A stretch of DNA of 30,887 bases, taken from NCBI RefSeq assembly GCF_003334785.1, contig NZ_QOWV01000027.1; one strand, written 5' to 3'. Below, piece by piece: positions 18,347 through 30,887 of the stretch. The first letter of the stretch is position 1, and every line of letters begins with the position of its first letter. The notes under the pieces are model-generated. The model was not told where the DNA came from. It made no database searches and worked only from the letters and a program-made list of their open reading frames with translations. Made by a program: the position numbers and the translations under genes. The stretch comes from Escherichia coli (GTDB lineage Bacteria; Pseudomonadota; Gammaproteobacteria; Enterobacterales; Enterobacteriaceae).

Positions 18347-21300
18347 TTACTCGTTATCAGAACCGCCCAGACCTGCGTTCAGCAGTTCTGCCAGGCTGGC
18401 AGATGCGTCTTCTGCAGTCACCTGCGGTGCAGCCGGAGCTTCACCCGCAGCACGGCGACGCATACGATCCTGGTGGTACGCGTAACCGGTACCTGCCGGG
18501 ATCAGACGACCCACGATAACGTTCTCTTTCAGGCCGCGCAGTTCGTCGCGTTTGCCCGCAACGGCTGCTTCGGTCAGCACGCGAGTGGTCTCCTGGAACG
18601 ATGCCGCGGAGATGAAGGACTCGGTTGCCAGAGACGCTTTGGTGATACCCAGCAGATCGCGGGAGTAAGTTGCACCCACTTTGCCGTTCGCTTCCAGTTC
18701 GCGGTTTGCGATCTTGACGCGAGAGTATTCAACCTGTTCGCCTTCCAGGAAGTCGGAGCTACCCGCGTTAACGATGGTAGCTTTACGCAGCATCTGACGA
18801 ACGATAACTTCGATGTGTTTATCGTTAATCTTAACGCCCTGCAGACGGTATACGTCCTGTACTTCGTTAACGATGTAACGAGTAACAGCATGAACACCAC
18901 GCAGACGCAGAATGTCGTGCGGCGCTTCCGGACCGTCGGAAATTACGTCACCACGTTCTACACGTTCACCTTCGAACACGTTGAGCTGACGCCATTTCGG
19001 AATCATCTCTTCGTACGGATCGCTACCGTCTACCGGGGTGATAACCAGACGACGTTTACCTTTGGTTTCTTTACCGAAGGAAACGATACCGCTGATTTCA
19101 GCCAGGATTGCCGGCTCTTTCGGACGACGTGCTTCGAACAGGTCCGCAACGCGCGGCAGACCACCGGTGATGTCCTTGGTACCGCCGGATTCCTGCGGAA
19201 TACGCGCCAGGGTGTCACCAGAGCTGATCTGTACGCCATCTTCCAGCTGAACAATCGCTTTACCCGGCAGGAAGTACTGCGCTGGCATATCGGTACCTGG
19301 GATCAGAACGTCGTTACCCTGAGCATCAACGATTTTCAGTGCCGGACGCAGATCTTTACCACCTGCGGTACGTTCTGCGGAATCCAGAACCACCAGCGAA
19401 GACAGACCGGTCAGTTCGTCGGTCTGACGCGTAATGGTCTGGCCGTCGATCATGTCAGTAAAGCGTACAAAACCGCTTACTTCGGTGATAACCGGCATGG
19501 TGTGCGGGTCCCAGTTTGCAACGGTTTCGCCGCCAGCAACCTGTTCGCCATCGCCTTTCGCCAGTACCGCACCGTAAGGTACTTTGTAGCTTTCTTTAGT
19601 ACGACCGAATTCGTCGATCAGTTTCAGTTCAGTATTACGGGAAGTGATAACCAGTTTACCGCTGGAGTTCACAACCGACTTCACGTTGCTGAGCTTGATG
19701 CTACCTTTGTTTTTCACTTGGATGCTGGATTCAGCAGCCGCACGAGATGCCGCACCACCGATGTGGAACGTACGCATGGTCAGCTGTGTACCCGGTTCAC
19801 CGATGGACTGTGCCGCGATAACACCGATTGCTTCACCCTTGTTGATGATGTGGCCACGCGCCAGGTCACGACCGTAGCAGTGCGCACATACACCAAAGTC
19901 GGTGTCACAAGATACAACAGAACGTACTTTAACCGCGTCGACAGAGTTCTCTTCCAGCAGGTCACACCACTGTTCGTGCAGCAGCGTGTTGCGCGGAACG
20001 AGGATATCAGCAGTACCCGGCTTCAGAACGTCTTCAGCAGTTACACGACCCAGTACGCGATCGCGCAGCGGCTCTTTAACGTCACCACCCTCGATAACCG
20101 GAGTCATCATGATACCTTCATGGGTACCACAATCGTCTTCGGTAACCACCAGGTCCTGCGCCACGTCAACCAGACGACGAGTCAGGTAACCGGAGTTCGC
20201 AGTTTTCAGTGCGGTATCCGCCAGACCTTTACGAGCACCGTGGGTGGAGATGAAGTACTGGAGTACGTTCAGACCTTCACGGAAGTTCGCGGTGATTGGC
20301 GTTTCGATGATGGAGCCATCCGGCTTCGCCATCAGACCACGCATACCAGCAAGCTGACGAATCTGTGCCGCAGAACCACGCGCACCGGAGTCGGCCATCA
20401 TGTAGATGCTGTTGAAGGAAACCTGCTTCTCTTCCTGACCGTCACGGTTAATCACGGTTTCAGTTTGCAGGTTATCCATCATCGCTTTGGATACACGATC
20501 GTTCGCCGCAGCCCAGATATCGATAACTTTGTTGTAGCGTTCGCCCGCAGTTACCAGACCAGACTGGAACTGCTCCTGAATTTCAGCAACTTCTGCTTCT
20601 GCCTCGGAGATGATTTCGTGTTTCTTCTCCGGGATGACCATGTCATCGATACCAACAGATGCACCAGAACGCGCTGCATAGGCGAAGCCGGTGTACATGA
20701 TCTGGTCCGCAAAAATAACGGTCGGTTTCAGACCGAGAATGCGGTAGCAGGTGTTCAGCATTTTGGAGATTGCTTTTTTACCCAGCGCCTGGTTGACGAT
20801 GGAGTAAGGCAGACCTTTCGGTACAATCATCCACAGAATGGCACGGCCAACAGTCGTGTCTTTCAGGCTGGTTTTCGCTACTAATTCACCGTTAGCATCT
20901 TTTTCATACTCGGTGATACGCACTTTAACGCGCGCATGCAGAGAAGCCAGACCAGAGCGATACAGACGTTCTGCTTCTTTCGGGCCAGTCAGCACCATGC
21001 CTTCGCCTTTGGCGTTAACACAGTCACGGGTCATGTAGTACAGACCCAGTACAACGTCCTGAGACGGAACGATGATTGGTTCGCCGTTCGCCGGGGACAG
21101 GATGTTGTTGGTAGACATCATCAGCGCACGCGCTTCCAGCTGGGCTTCCAGCGTCAGCGGTACGTGAACAGCCATCTGGTCACCATCGAAGTCGGCGTTA
21201 TATGCCGCACAAACCAGCGGGTGCAGCTGGATAGCTTTACCTTCGATCAGTACCGGTTCAAATGCCTGGATACCCAGACGGTGCAGAGTCGGTGCACGGT

Positions 21301-22570
21301 TCAGCAGTACCGGGTGTTCGCGGATAACTTCGTCCAGGATATCCCAAACGACAGCTTCTTCGCGCTCAACCATTTTCTTCGCAGCTTTAATGGTGGTAGC
21401 AAGACCACGCAGTTCCAGCTTGCCGTAGATGAACGGTTTGAACAGCTCCAGTGCCATTTTCTTCGGCAGACCGCACTGATGCAGACGCAGGTATGGACCT
21501 ACGGTGATTACAGAACGACCGGAGTAGTCAACACGCTTACCGAGCAGGTTCTGACGGAAACGACCCTGTTTACCTTTGATCATGTCGGCCAAAGATTTCA
21601 GAGGACGCTTGTTAGAACCGGTGATCGCACGACCGCGACGACCGTTATCCAGCAGGGCGTCTACCGCTTCCTGCAGCATACGTTTTTCGTTACGTACGAT
21701 GATGTCCGGCGCAGCCAGATCCAGCAGACGTTTCAGACGGTTGTTACGGTTAATGACGCGACGATACAGATCGTTCAGGTCAGAAGTCGCGAAACGACCA
21801 CCATCCAGCGGAACCAGCGGACGCAGATCTGGCGGCAGTACCGGCAGAACGGTCAGGATCATCCACTCTGGTTTGTTACCAGACTGAACGAACGCTTCCA
21901 GCAGTTTGATACGCTTGGTCAGCTTTTTACGCTTGGTTTCGGAGTTGGTTTCGTTCAGCTCTTCACGCAGCTGTTCGCACTCTTGCTCCAGATCCATGCT
22001 CTTCAGCAGAGCCTGGATTGCTTCCGCCCCCATCTTCGCGTCGAATTCGTCACCGAACTCTTCCAGCGCGTCCAGATACTGCTCTTCAGTCAGGATCTGC
22101 TGACGTTCCAGGTTGGTCATACCGCCTTCGATAACCACATAGGATTCAAAGTACAGTACGCGTTCGATATCGCGCAGCGGCATATCGAGCAGCAGACCGA
22201 TACGGGACGGCAGCGATTTCAGGAACCAGATGTGCGCAGTCGGGGAAGCCAGTTCGATGTGGCCCATACGCTCACGGCGTACTTTAGTCTGGGTCACTTC
22301 AACGCCGCACTTCTCACAGATGACGCCACGGTGTTTCAGGCGCTTGTACTTACCGCACAGGCACTCGTAATCTTTTACCGGCCCAAAGATACGGGCGCAG
22401 AAAAGGCCGTCACGTTCTGGTTTGAACGTACGGTAGTTGATGGTTTCCGGCTTTTTAACTTCACCGAAAGACCATGAACGGATCATGTCTGGCGAAGCCA
22501 GAGCAATTTTGATCGCATCAAACTCTTCGGTTTTAGTCTGCGCTTTCAGAAACTTTAATAAATCTTTCAC
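18347..22570 (-). CDS. rpoC: RNA polymerase beta' subunit
   Basis: 1407-aa ORF with a GTG start. Catalytic NADFDGD motif present ([15 protein letters not shown]), along with N-terminal zinc-binding cysteines. Confidence 0.99.
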
Positions 22571-22646
22571 GGATTTGCTCCCGTCGGAGTTAGCACAATC
22601 CGCTGCCGGGTTTTAACCCGACAGCAGTGACCTGTTTGAGCGAGAA

Positions 22647-25600
22647 TTACTCGTCTTCCAGTTCGATGTTGATACCCAGCGAACGAATCTCTTTCAACAA
22701 TACGTTGAAGGATTCTGGCATGCCCGGCTCCATCTGATGGTTGCCGTCCACGATGTTTTTATACATCTTGGTACGACCGTTCACGTCATCAGACTTAACG
22801 GTGAGCATTTCCTGCAGGGTGTATGCTGCGCCGTATGCTTCCAGCGCCCACACTTCCATCTCCCCGAAACGCTGACCACCGAACTGTGCCTTACCACCCA
22901 GCGGCTGCTGAGTAACCAGGCTGTAAGAACCGGTGGAACGCGCGTGCATCTTGTCGTCGACCAGGTGGTTCAGTTTCAGCATGTACATGTAACCAACGGT
23001 TACCGGACGCTCGAACTGTTCACCAGTGCGACCATCGTACAGGCGGATCTGACCGGAAGTCGGCAGGTCGCCAAGTTTCAGCAGCTCTTTAATTTCTGCT
23101 TCTTTCGCACCGTCGAACACCGGCGTTGCGATTGGCATACCTTTGCGCAGGTTTTCAGCCAGACGCATAACTTCTTCATCGCTGAAGGTACTCAGGTCAA
23201 CTTTCTGACGAACGTCAGCGCCCAGATCGTACGCACGCTGGATGAATTCGCGCAGTTTCGCGACTTCTTGCTGCTGTTTCAGCATGGCGTTGATCTTGTC
23301 GCCGATACCTTTCGCAGCCATACCCAGGTGGGTTTCGAGGATCTGACCGATGTTCATACGAGACGGTACGCCCAGCGGGTTCAGTACGATGTCTACCGGC
23401 GTACCGTTTTCATCGTAAGGCATATCTTCGATCGGGTTGATCTTAGAAATTACACCCTTGTTACCGTGACGACCTGCCATCTTGTCACCAGGCTGGATAC
23501 GGCGTTTAACCGCCAGATATACCTTAACAATCTTCAGCACGCCCGGTGCCAGATCGTCGCCCTGGGTGATTTTGCGGCGTTTCGCTTCGAGTTTCTTCTC
23601 GAACTCGTGTTTCAGTTCGTCATACTGCTCAGCCAGCTGTTCCAGCTGATTTTGTTTCTCTTCGTCTGTCAGGCCCAGCTCCAGCCAGCGATCGCGCGGC
23701 AGTTTGTCGAGCTTCTCAGCTTCAACGCCACCGGCTACCAGCACAGCACGGATACGGCTGAACAGACCCGCTTCGAGGATCTGCAGTTCTTCAGACAGGT
23801 CTTTCTTCGCCTGTTTGAGCTGCATTTCTTCGATTTCCAGCGCACGTTTGTCTTTTTCTACGCCATCGCGAGTAAAGACCTGAACGTCGATAACCGTACC
23901 GGATACACCGTTTGGTACGCGCAGAGAAGAGTCTTTAACGTCAGAGGCTTTCTCACCGAAGATCGCACGCAGCAGTTTTTCTTCTGGGGTCAGCTGAGTT
24001 TCACCTTTCGGCGTTACCTTACCAACCAGAATGTCGCCACCGGTCACTTCCGCACCAATGTAAACGATACCGGATTCATCCAGTTTGGAGAGCGCAGCTT
24101 CACCCACGTTCGGGATGTCAGCGGTGATCTCTTCCGGACCCAGCTTGGTGTCACGGGACACACACGCCAGTTCCTGAATGTGGATGGTGGTGAAACGGTC
24201 TTCCTGAACAACACGCTCGGATACGAGGATGGAGTCTTCGAAGTTGTAACCATTCCACGGCATGAACGCTACGCGCATGTTCTGACCAAGCGCCAGTTCA
24301 CCGAGGTCGGTGGACGGACCGTCTGCCAGCACGTCGCCACGTTCAACCGGTTCACCCAGAGACACACACGGCATCTGGTTGATACAGGTGTTCTGGTTAG
24401 AACGGGTGTATTTGGTCAGGTTGTAGATGTCGATACCTGCTTCACCCGGATACATCTCGTCTTCGTTAACTTTGATAACGATACGGGAAGCATCCACGTA
24501 CTGAACGACACCACCACGTTTAGCTACCGCAGTTACACCGGAGTCAACGGCAACAGCACGTTCCATACCAGTACCAACCAGCGGCTTATCAGCGCGCAGA
24601 GTCGGAACGGCCTGACGTTGCATGTTCGCACCCATCAATGCACGGTTGGCGTCATCGTGTTCCAGGAACGGGATCAGGGACGCACCGACGGATACCACCT
24701 GCTGGGTGGATACGTCCATGTAGTCAACCTGGTCGCGGCTGAACAAGCTGGATTCGCCTTTGCTACGGCAAGTTACCAGGTCTTCTACGAAGTGGCCTTC
24801 TTCATCCAAGTTGGAGTTCGCCTGGGCGATAACGTAGTTGCCTTCTTCGATAGCAGACAGGTAGTGAATTTCGTCAGTTACAACACCGTCGGTCACTTTA
24901 CGATACGGAGTCTCAAGGAAGCCGTATTCGTTAGTCTGTGCGTACACGGACAGAGAGTTGATCAGACCGATGTTCGGACCTTCAGGGGTTTCGATTGGAC
25001 ATACGCGACCGTAGTGAGTCGGGTGTACGTCTCGAACTTCGAAGCCTGCACGTTCACGGGTCAGACCGCCTGGGCCGAGTGCGGAGATACGACGTTTGTG
25101 CGTAATCTCAGACAGCGGGTTGTTCTGGTCCATAAACTGAGACAGCTGGCTGGAACCGAAGAACTCTTTCACTGCTGCGGAAATCGGCTTGGCGTTGATC
25201 ATATCCTGTGGCATCAGGGTATCCAGATCGCCCAGAGACAGACGCTCTTTCACCGCACGCTCTACACGTACCAGGCCAACGCGGAACTGGTTTTCCGCCA
25301 TTTCGCCAACGGAACGGATACGACGGTTGCCGAGGTGGTCGATATCATCGACTTCGCCTTTACCGTTACGGATATCGATGAGCTTTTTCATAACATCAAT
25401 GATGTCGTCTTTGCTCAGGATACCGGAACCTTCGATTTCTTCGCGCAGCAGAGAACGGTTGAACTTCATACGACCAACCGCAGACAAGTCATAACGGTCT
25501 TCGGAGAAGAACAGGTTCTCGAACAGGCTTTCAGCTGCTTCACGAGTCGGCGGCTCGCCAGGGCGCATCATGCGGTAGATTTCTACCAGTGCGCTCAGAC

Positions 25601-26675
25601 GGTCGTTAGTTGGGTCGACACGTAAGGTTTCAGAGATATATGGGCCGTGATCCAGATCGTTGGTGAACAGCGTTTCGATACGCTTGTGACCAGACTGGCT
25701 CAGCTTAGCCAGCAGATCCAGGCTCAGCTCCATGTTCGCTGCGCAGATCAGCTCGCCGGTAGACTCATCAATATAGTCTTTAGCAACCACTTTACCTGCG
25801 ATGTACTCAACCGGGACTTCGATCAGTTTGACGTCGTCTTTTTCCAGCTGGCGAATGTGGCGCGCAGTGATACGGCGGCCTTTTTCTACGTACACTTTAC
25901 CGTTAGCTTCGATGTCAAAAGATGCGGTTTCACCACGCAGGCGTTCCGGCACCAGTTCCATCTGCAGCTTGTTATCACGGATTTCAAAGATAACTTTTTC
26001 AAAGAACAGGTCGAGGATCTGCTCTGTGGTGTAGTTCAGGGCGCGCAGAATGATGGTCGCAGGCAGTTTACGGCGACGGTCGATACGTACGAACAGGTTG
26101 TCCTTCGGATCGAATTCGAAGTCCAGCCAGGAACCACGGTAAGGGATGATACGCGCGTTATACAGCACTTTACCCGAAGAGTGGGTTTTACCTTTGTCGG
26201 AGTCAAAGAAGACGCCCGGACTACGGTGCAGCTGGGAAACGATAACACGCTCAGTACCGTTGATAACAAAGGTACCGTTGTCTGTCATGAGCGGAATTTC
26301 GCCCATGTAGACTTCTTGTTCTTTAATGTCTTTTACGGTGCCTTCCGGCGCTTCGCGCTCATAGATCACCAGACGCAGTTTAACGCGCAGCGGTGCGGAA
26401 TAGGTCACGCCACGGATTTGACATTCCTGGACGTCAAACACCGGTTCGCCAAGGCGGTAGCTGACGTATTGCAGCTCGGAATTACCGCTGTAGCTCTGAA
26501 TCGGGAATACGGAACGGAAAGCAGCTTCCAGACCATACTGCCCTTCAGGATCTTGCTCGATAAATTTCTGAAACGAGTCAAGCTGGATAGAAAGGAGATA
26601 AGGTACATCCAGAACTTGTGGACGTTTACCAAAATCCTTACGAATACGTTTTTTCTCGGTATAGGAGTAAACCAT
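22647..26675 (-). CDS. rpoB: RNA polymerase beta subunit
   Basis: 1342 aa from ATG 26675 ([16 protein letters not shown]), with GAGG SD upstream. Wild-type rifampicin cluster I ([32 protein letters not shown]). The ORF-track start at 26708 adds 11 spurious residues. Confidence 0.99.
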
Positions 26676-26921
26676 AGGGTTCCTCAGCTCGCTGACAAGT
26701 CGACCCATCTGTCCATTGAGCGGACAGTTTGTGCAACACTATTTTGTTGACCGGAAAATGGAACACTTTCCGCAATGCCTGTTGCTATCACGCTTAAACC
26801 ATTTCATTGCGATTTACACAGAACGGACGTCCTGTCGCAGTATATTAAGTCGTCGATAGAAACAAGCATTGAAAGGCACAGCAGTAGTCAAACAGTGTGA
26901 AACGCTACTGGCGCCTTACAG

Positions 26922-26955
26922 CGCAAAAAGGCTGGTGACTAAAAAGTCACCAGCC
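26922..26955 (-). terminator. rplL-rpoB intergenic attenuator (partial intrinsic terminator)
   Basis: Minus strand GGCTGGTGACT-TTT-AGTCACCAGCC followed by TTTTTGCGC. It is preceded by two further hairpins (CAACC/GGTTG and CAGCCTGA/TCAGGCTG) at 26956..26992. Confidence 0.82.
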
Positions 26956-26994
26956 ATCAGCCTGATTTCTCAGGCTGCAACCGGAAGGGTTGGC

Positions 26995-27360
<366 letters not shown>

Positions 27361-27426
27361 TTAAATTGTTCCTGAATATCAGAATAAGTTTATACGTAAG
27401 CGAATGCGTTAAAAAGATAACTGCGA

Positions 27427-27924
27427 TTAAGCAGCTTCTTTCGCATCGCGTACAGCAGCCAGAGTACGAACCAGTTTGCCAGCCGAAGCTTCTTTCATGG
27501 TTGCCATCAGGCGTGCAATTGCTTCTTCGTAGGTCGGCAGAGTTGCCAGGCGGTCGATCTGAGACGCCGGGATCAGCTCACCTTCAAAGGCAGCGGCTTT
27601 GACCTCAAATTTTGCATTCGCTTTCGCGAACTCTTTGAACAGACGAGCAGCAGCGCCCGGGTGTTCCATAGAGTATGCAATCAGGGTCGGACCAACAAAC
27701 GCGTCTTTCAGGCACTCGAACGGAGTACCTTCAACAGCACGGCGCAGCAGGGTGTTACGAACAACACGCATGTATACGCCAGCTTCGCGACCTGCTTTAC
27801 GCAGTTCAGTCATTTTATCTACAGTTACGCCACGGGAATCCGCAACTACTGCAGACAGCGCGCCTTTGGCTACTTCGCTGACTTCAGCAACAATCGCTTG
27901 TTTGTCTTGAAGATTTAAAGCCAT
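27427..27924 (-). CDS. rplJ: 50S ribosomal protein L10
   Basis: 165-aa [53 protein letters not shown]... Confidence 0.99.
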
Positions 27925-28278
27925 TAGCTTTGCTCCTGGATGTTTGCCAGAGAAAATCTCTGGAACTCACTTCACTCCTCCAAACGGAGAGAGCGTCTTA
28001 ATTACGGTGAGCAGAAACAAGCCAGAATATAAAAGAATAATCTTAGCGTTCTGTCACCGTCTACGCAGGGGATTAAGTTTCTTGCGAAACTCCTGCGGTC
28101 TTCGACGGAGGCCTGGATAGGCCAGGCTCCAACGAACAAATCTTTTCTATCCGTCGCTATTCAGCTTGTGACGGCGTTGGCTTCCTTCATTCGCACCAGT
28201 CACATAGTTAGCTATGCTCCTGGCGACTCACTCAGTTGCCGCCTTGCCACAACCCGAATATCTCGGATATACGTCTGC
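27925..28278 (-). promoter_or_regulatory. Long structured rplJ 5' leader (L10-(L7/L12)4 autoregulatory target)
   Basis: ~350-nt untranslated stretch between the PL10-like promoter and the rplJ ATG. It has several strong hairpins, e.g. GGAGCCTGGCC-TATCC-AGGCCTCC (minus strand, ~28107..28130). Translational feedback by L10-L12 on this leader is established for E. coli. Confidence 0.7.
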
Positions 28279-28285
28279 ATTAAGC

Positions 28286-28314
28286 ATTATACGTGGGGGT
28301 AAGATTGTAGACAA
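28286..28314 (-). promoter_or_regulatory. PL10 promoter (rplJL-rpoBC)
   Basis: Minus strand TTGTCT (28314..28309), 17-nt spacer, TATAAT (28291..28286). It lies immediately downstream of the rplA stop. Confidence 0.72.
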
Positions 28315-28336
28315 AATCACCGCCCACGTAAAGGCA

Positions 28337-29565
<1,229 letters not shown>

Positions 29566-29571
29566 CGCGAA

Positions 29572-29600
29572 ATTGTATTCCAATCTCACGCCTTGTGCAA
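29572..29600 (-). promoter_or_regulatory. PL11 promoter (rplKA)
   Basis: Minus strand TTGCAC (29600..29595), 17-nt spacer, TACAAT (29577..29572). Confidence 0.72.
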
Positions 29601-29631
29601 CGATTAAATCGCCGCTTTTTTGATCGCTGGG

Positions 29632-30177
29632 TTAGGCTTTTTCAACCTGGCTGAAGTCCAGCTCTACCGGGGTCGCACGACCGAAGATAGAAACAGACAC
29701 TTTCAGACGAGATTTCTCGTAATCCACTTCTTCAACAACACCGTTGAAGTCAGCGAACGGACCATCATTAACACGGACCATTTCACCCGGTTCAAACAGC
29801 GTTTTCGGACGCGGCTTATCACCAACCTGCTGCAGGCGGTTCATAATCGCATCGACTTCTTTATCGCTGATTGGCGCAGGACGATCGGAAGTACCGCCGA
29901 TGAAGCCCATCACACGCGGTACGCTGCGCACCAGGTGCCAGCTCGCGTCGTTCATCACCATCTGAACGAGGACGTAGCCAGGGAAGAATTTACGTTCGCT
30001 TTTGCGACGCTGACCGCCACGGATTTCAACCACTTCTTCGGTTGGTACCATGACTTCACCAAACAAATCTTCCATGTTGTGTAATTTGATATGCTCACGC
30101 AGCGACGTTGCTACGCGGCCTTCAAAACCGGAAAACGCCTGAACGACGTACCAGCGCTTTTTAGGAGCTTCAGACAT
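29632..30177 (-). CDS. nusG: Transcription termination/antitermination factor NusG
   Basis: 181-aa [36 protein letters not shown]... with NGN and KOW domains. The start is 1 nt after the secE stop. Confidence 0.99.
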
Positions 30178-30178
30178 C

Positions 30179-30562
30179 TCAGAACCTCAGGCCAGTGATA
30201 AAGGATACCAGGCGAACCAGAATACCATCCAGTCCCCACAGGATCAGTGACATTACTGCGGTAACCGCAGCCACAATCAGCGTGGTGTGCAATGTTTCCT
30301 GGCGAGTCGGCCAAATGACCTTACGGACTTCGGTACGCGCTTCACGGGCAAAAGCAACGGTAGCTTTACCTTTTGTCGTTAACAGCGCGACACCACCCGC
30401 TGCAGCAATCAGAATTACTACGGCCAGCGCACGCAGCGGCAGCATAATGTCGCGATAAAGATAGTTGCCGACAATCGCCACCAGGAGCAATGCCACCACA
30501 ACGACCCACTTCATCGCTTCCAGGCCGCGCCCGCTTCCTTGAGCTTCGGTATTCGCACTCAT
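30179..30562 (-). CDS. secE: Preprotein translocase subunit SecE
   Basis: 127-aa ORF with three hydrophobic segments, [36 protein letters not shown]... Confidence 0.98.
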
Positions 30563-30734
30563 AAACCAACCTGTCAGAAGTTTTCTACAAACATTTTCAC
30601 CCCGCGATCGCGAGGCAAACCAAATCGAAACGCGTATTAGCTTTTCGGATTATACGCCCTCAACAGAGCCTGTCTCAGCAATGATTATGACAAAGAAAAT
30701 CACTGATGAGCCAGGTTCTGGTACGAAAGCGTGC

Positions 30735-30761
30735 AAAAAGGGCATCAAATGATGCCCTTTT
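30735..30761 (-). terminator. tufB intrinsic terminator
   Basis: Minus strand AAAAGGGCATC-ATTT-GATGCCCTTTTT, ~30 nt after the tufB stop. Confidence 0.88.
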
Positions 30762-30791
30762 AGTGCGCATTGCGTCAAATGTTATCGGCAA

Positions 30792-30887
<96 letters not shown>

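Noticed and set aside
18473-22477. 803-aa and 513-aa + strand ORFs antisense to rpoC
   Set aside because: Same codon-bias shadow-ORF explanation. The composition mirrors the reverse complement of rpoC codons, and there are no independent expression signals.
26676-26708. 11-codon N-terminal extension of rpoB ([11 protein letters not shown]...)
   Set aside because: The known RpoB N-terminus MVYSYTEKK starts at 26675, with a GAGG SD inside the putative extension.
22737-26750. Very long + strand ORFs antisense to rpoB (962 aa at 22737..25625 and 367 aa at 25647..26750)
   Set aside because: They lie entirely opposite an unmistakable, essential gene. Their translations are low-complexity (F/V/T/R/Q/D/H-rich) with no recognisable domain, and there is no SD or promoter context. 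Highly expressed genes avoid TTA, CTA and TCA codons, whose complements are the stop codons of the antisense frame, so long shadow ORFs are expected.

Overview
This window is core enterobacterial chromosome, recognisably Escherichia coli (K-12-like, ~90-min region), shown as the reverse complement of the usual map orientation. Left to right: an rrn P1-type promoter (rrnE by synteny) firing leftward out of the window; purHD (+); zraSR (-), convergent with purD; zraP (+), divergent from zraS, with both sigma54 promoters and a shared dyad UAS; yjaH, hupA, yjaG, nfi, hemE and nudC (all -); rsd (+); a TPP riboswitch and thiCEFSGH (+); an AT-rich ~1.2-kb segment holding the sroH sRNA region and yjaZ/htrC (-); then rpoC, rpoB, rplL, rplJ, rplA, rplK, nusG, secE and the 3' end of tufB (all -). 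That is 27 complete CDS plus one partial. Gene order, gene lengths and intergenic spacings match my recollection of K-12. I cannot verify this without an alignment. I see no mobile element, CRISPR array, prophage, defence island or other accessory insertion. I therefore do not think this window contains an undescribed biological system, and all findings are scored low to moderate. The items worth a second look are small. They are a 38-bp near-perfect dyad in the purH 5' leader, a consensus DnaA box in the rrnE-purH control region, and purD/zraR converging with overlapping stop codons. They also include the structured thiH-yjaZ spacer (sroH), the low-GC poorly characterised yjaZ gene, and a hairpin that encloses the rplK promoter -10. 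The very long ORFs antisense to rpoB, rpoC, purH and rplKA are codon-bias shadows, not genes.
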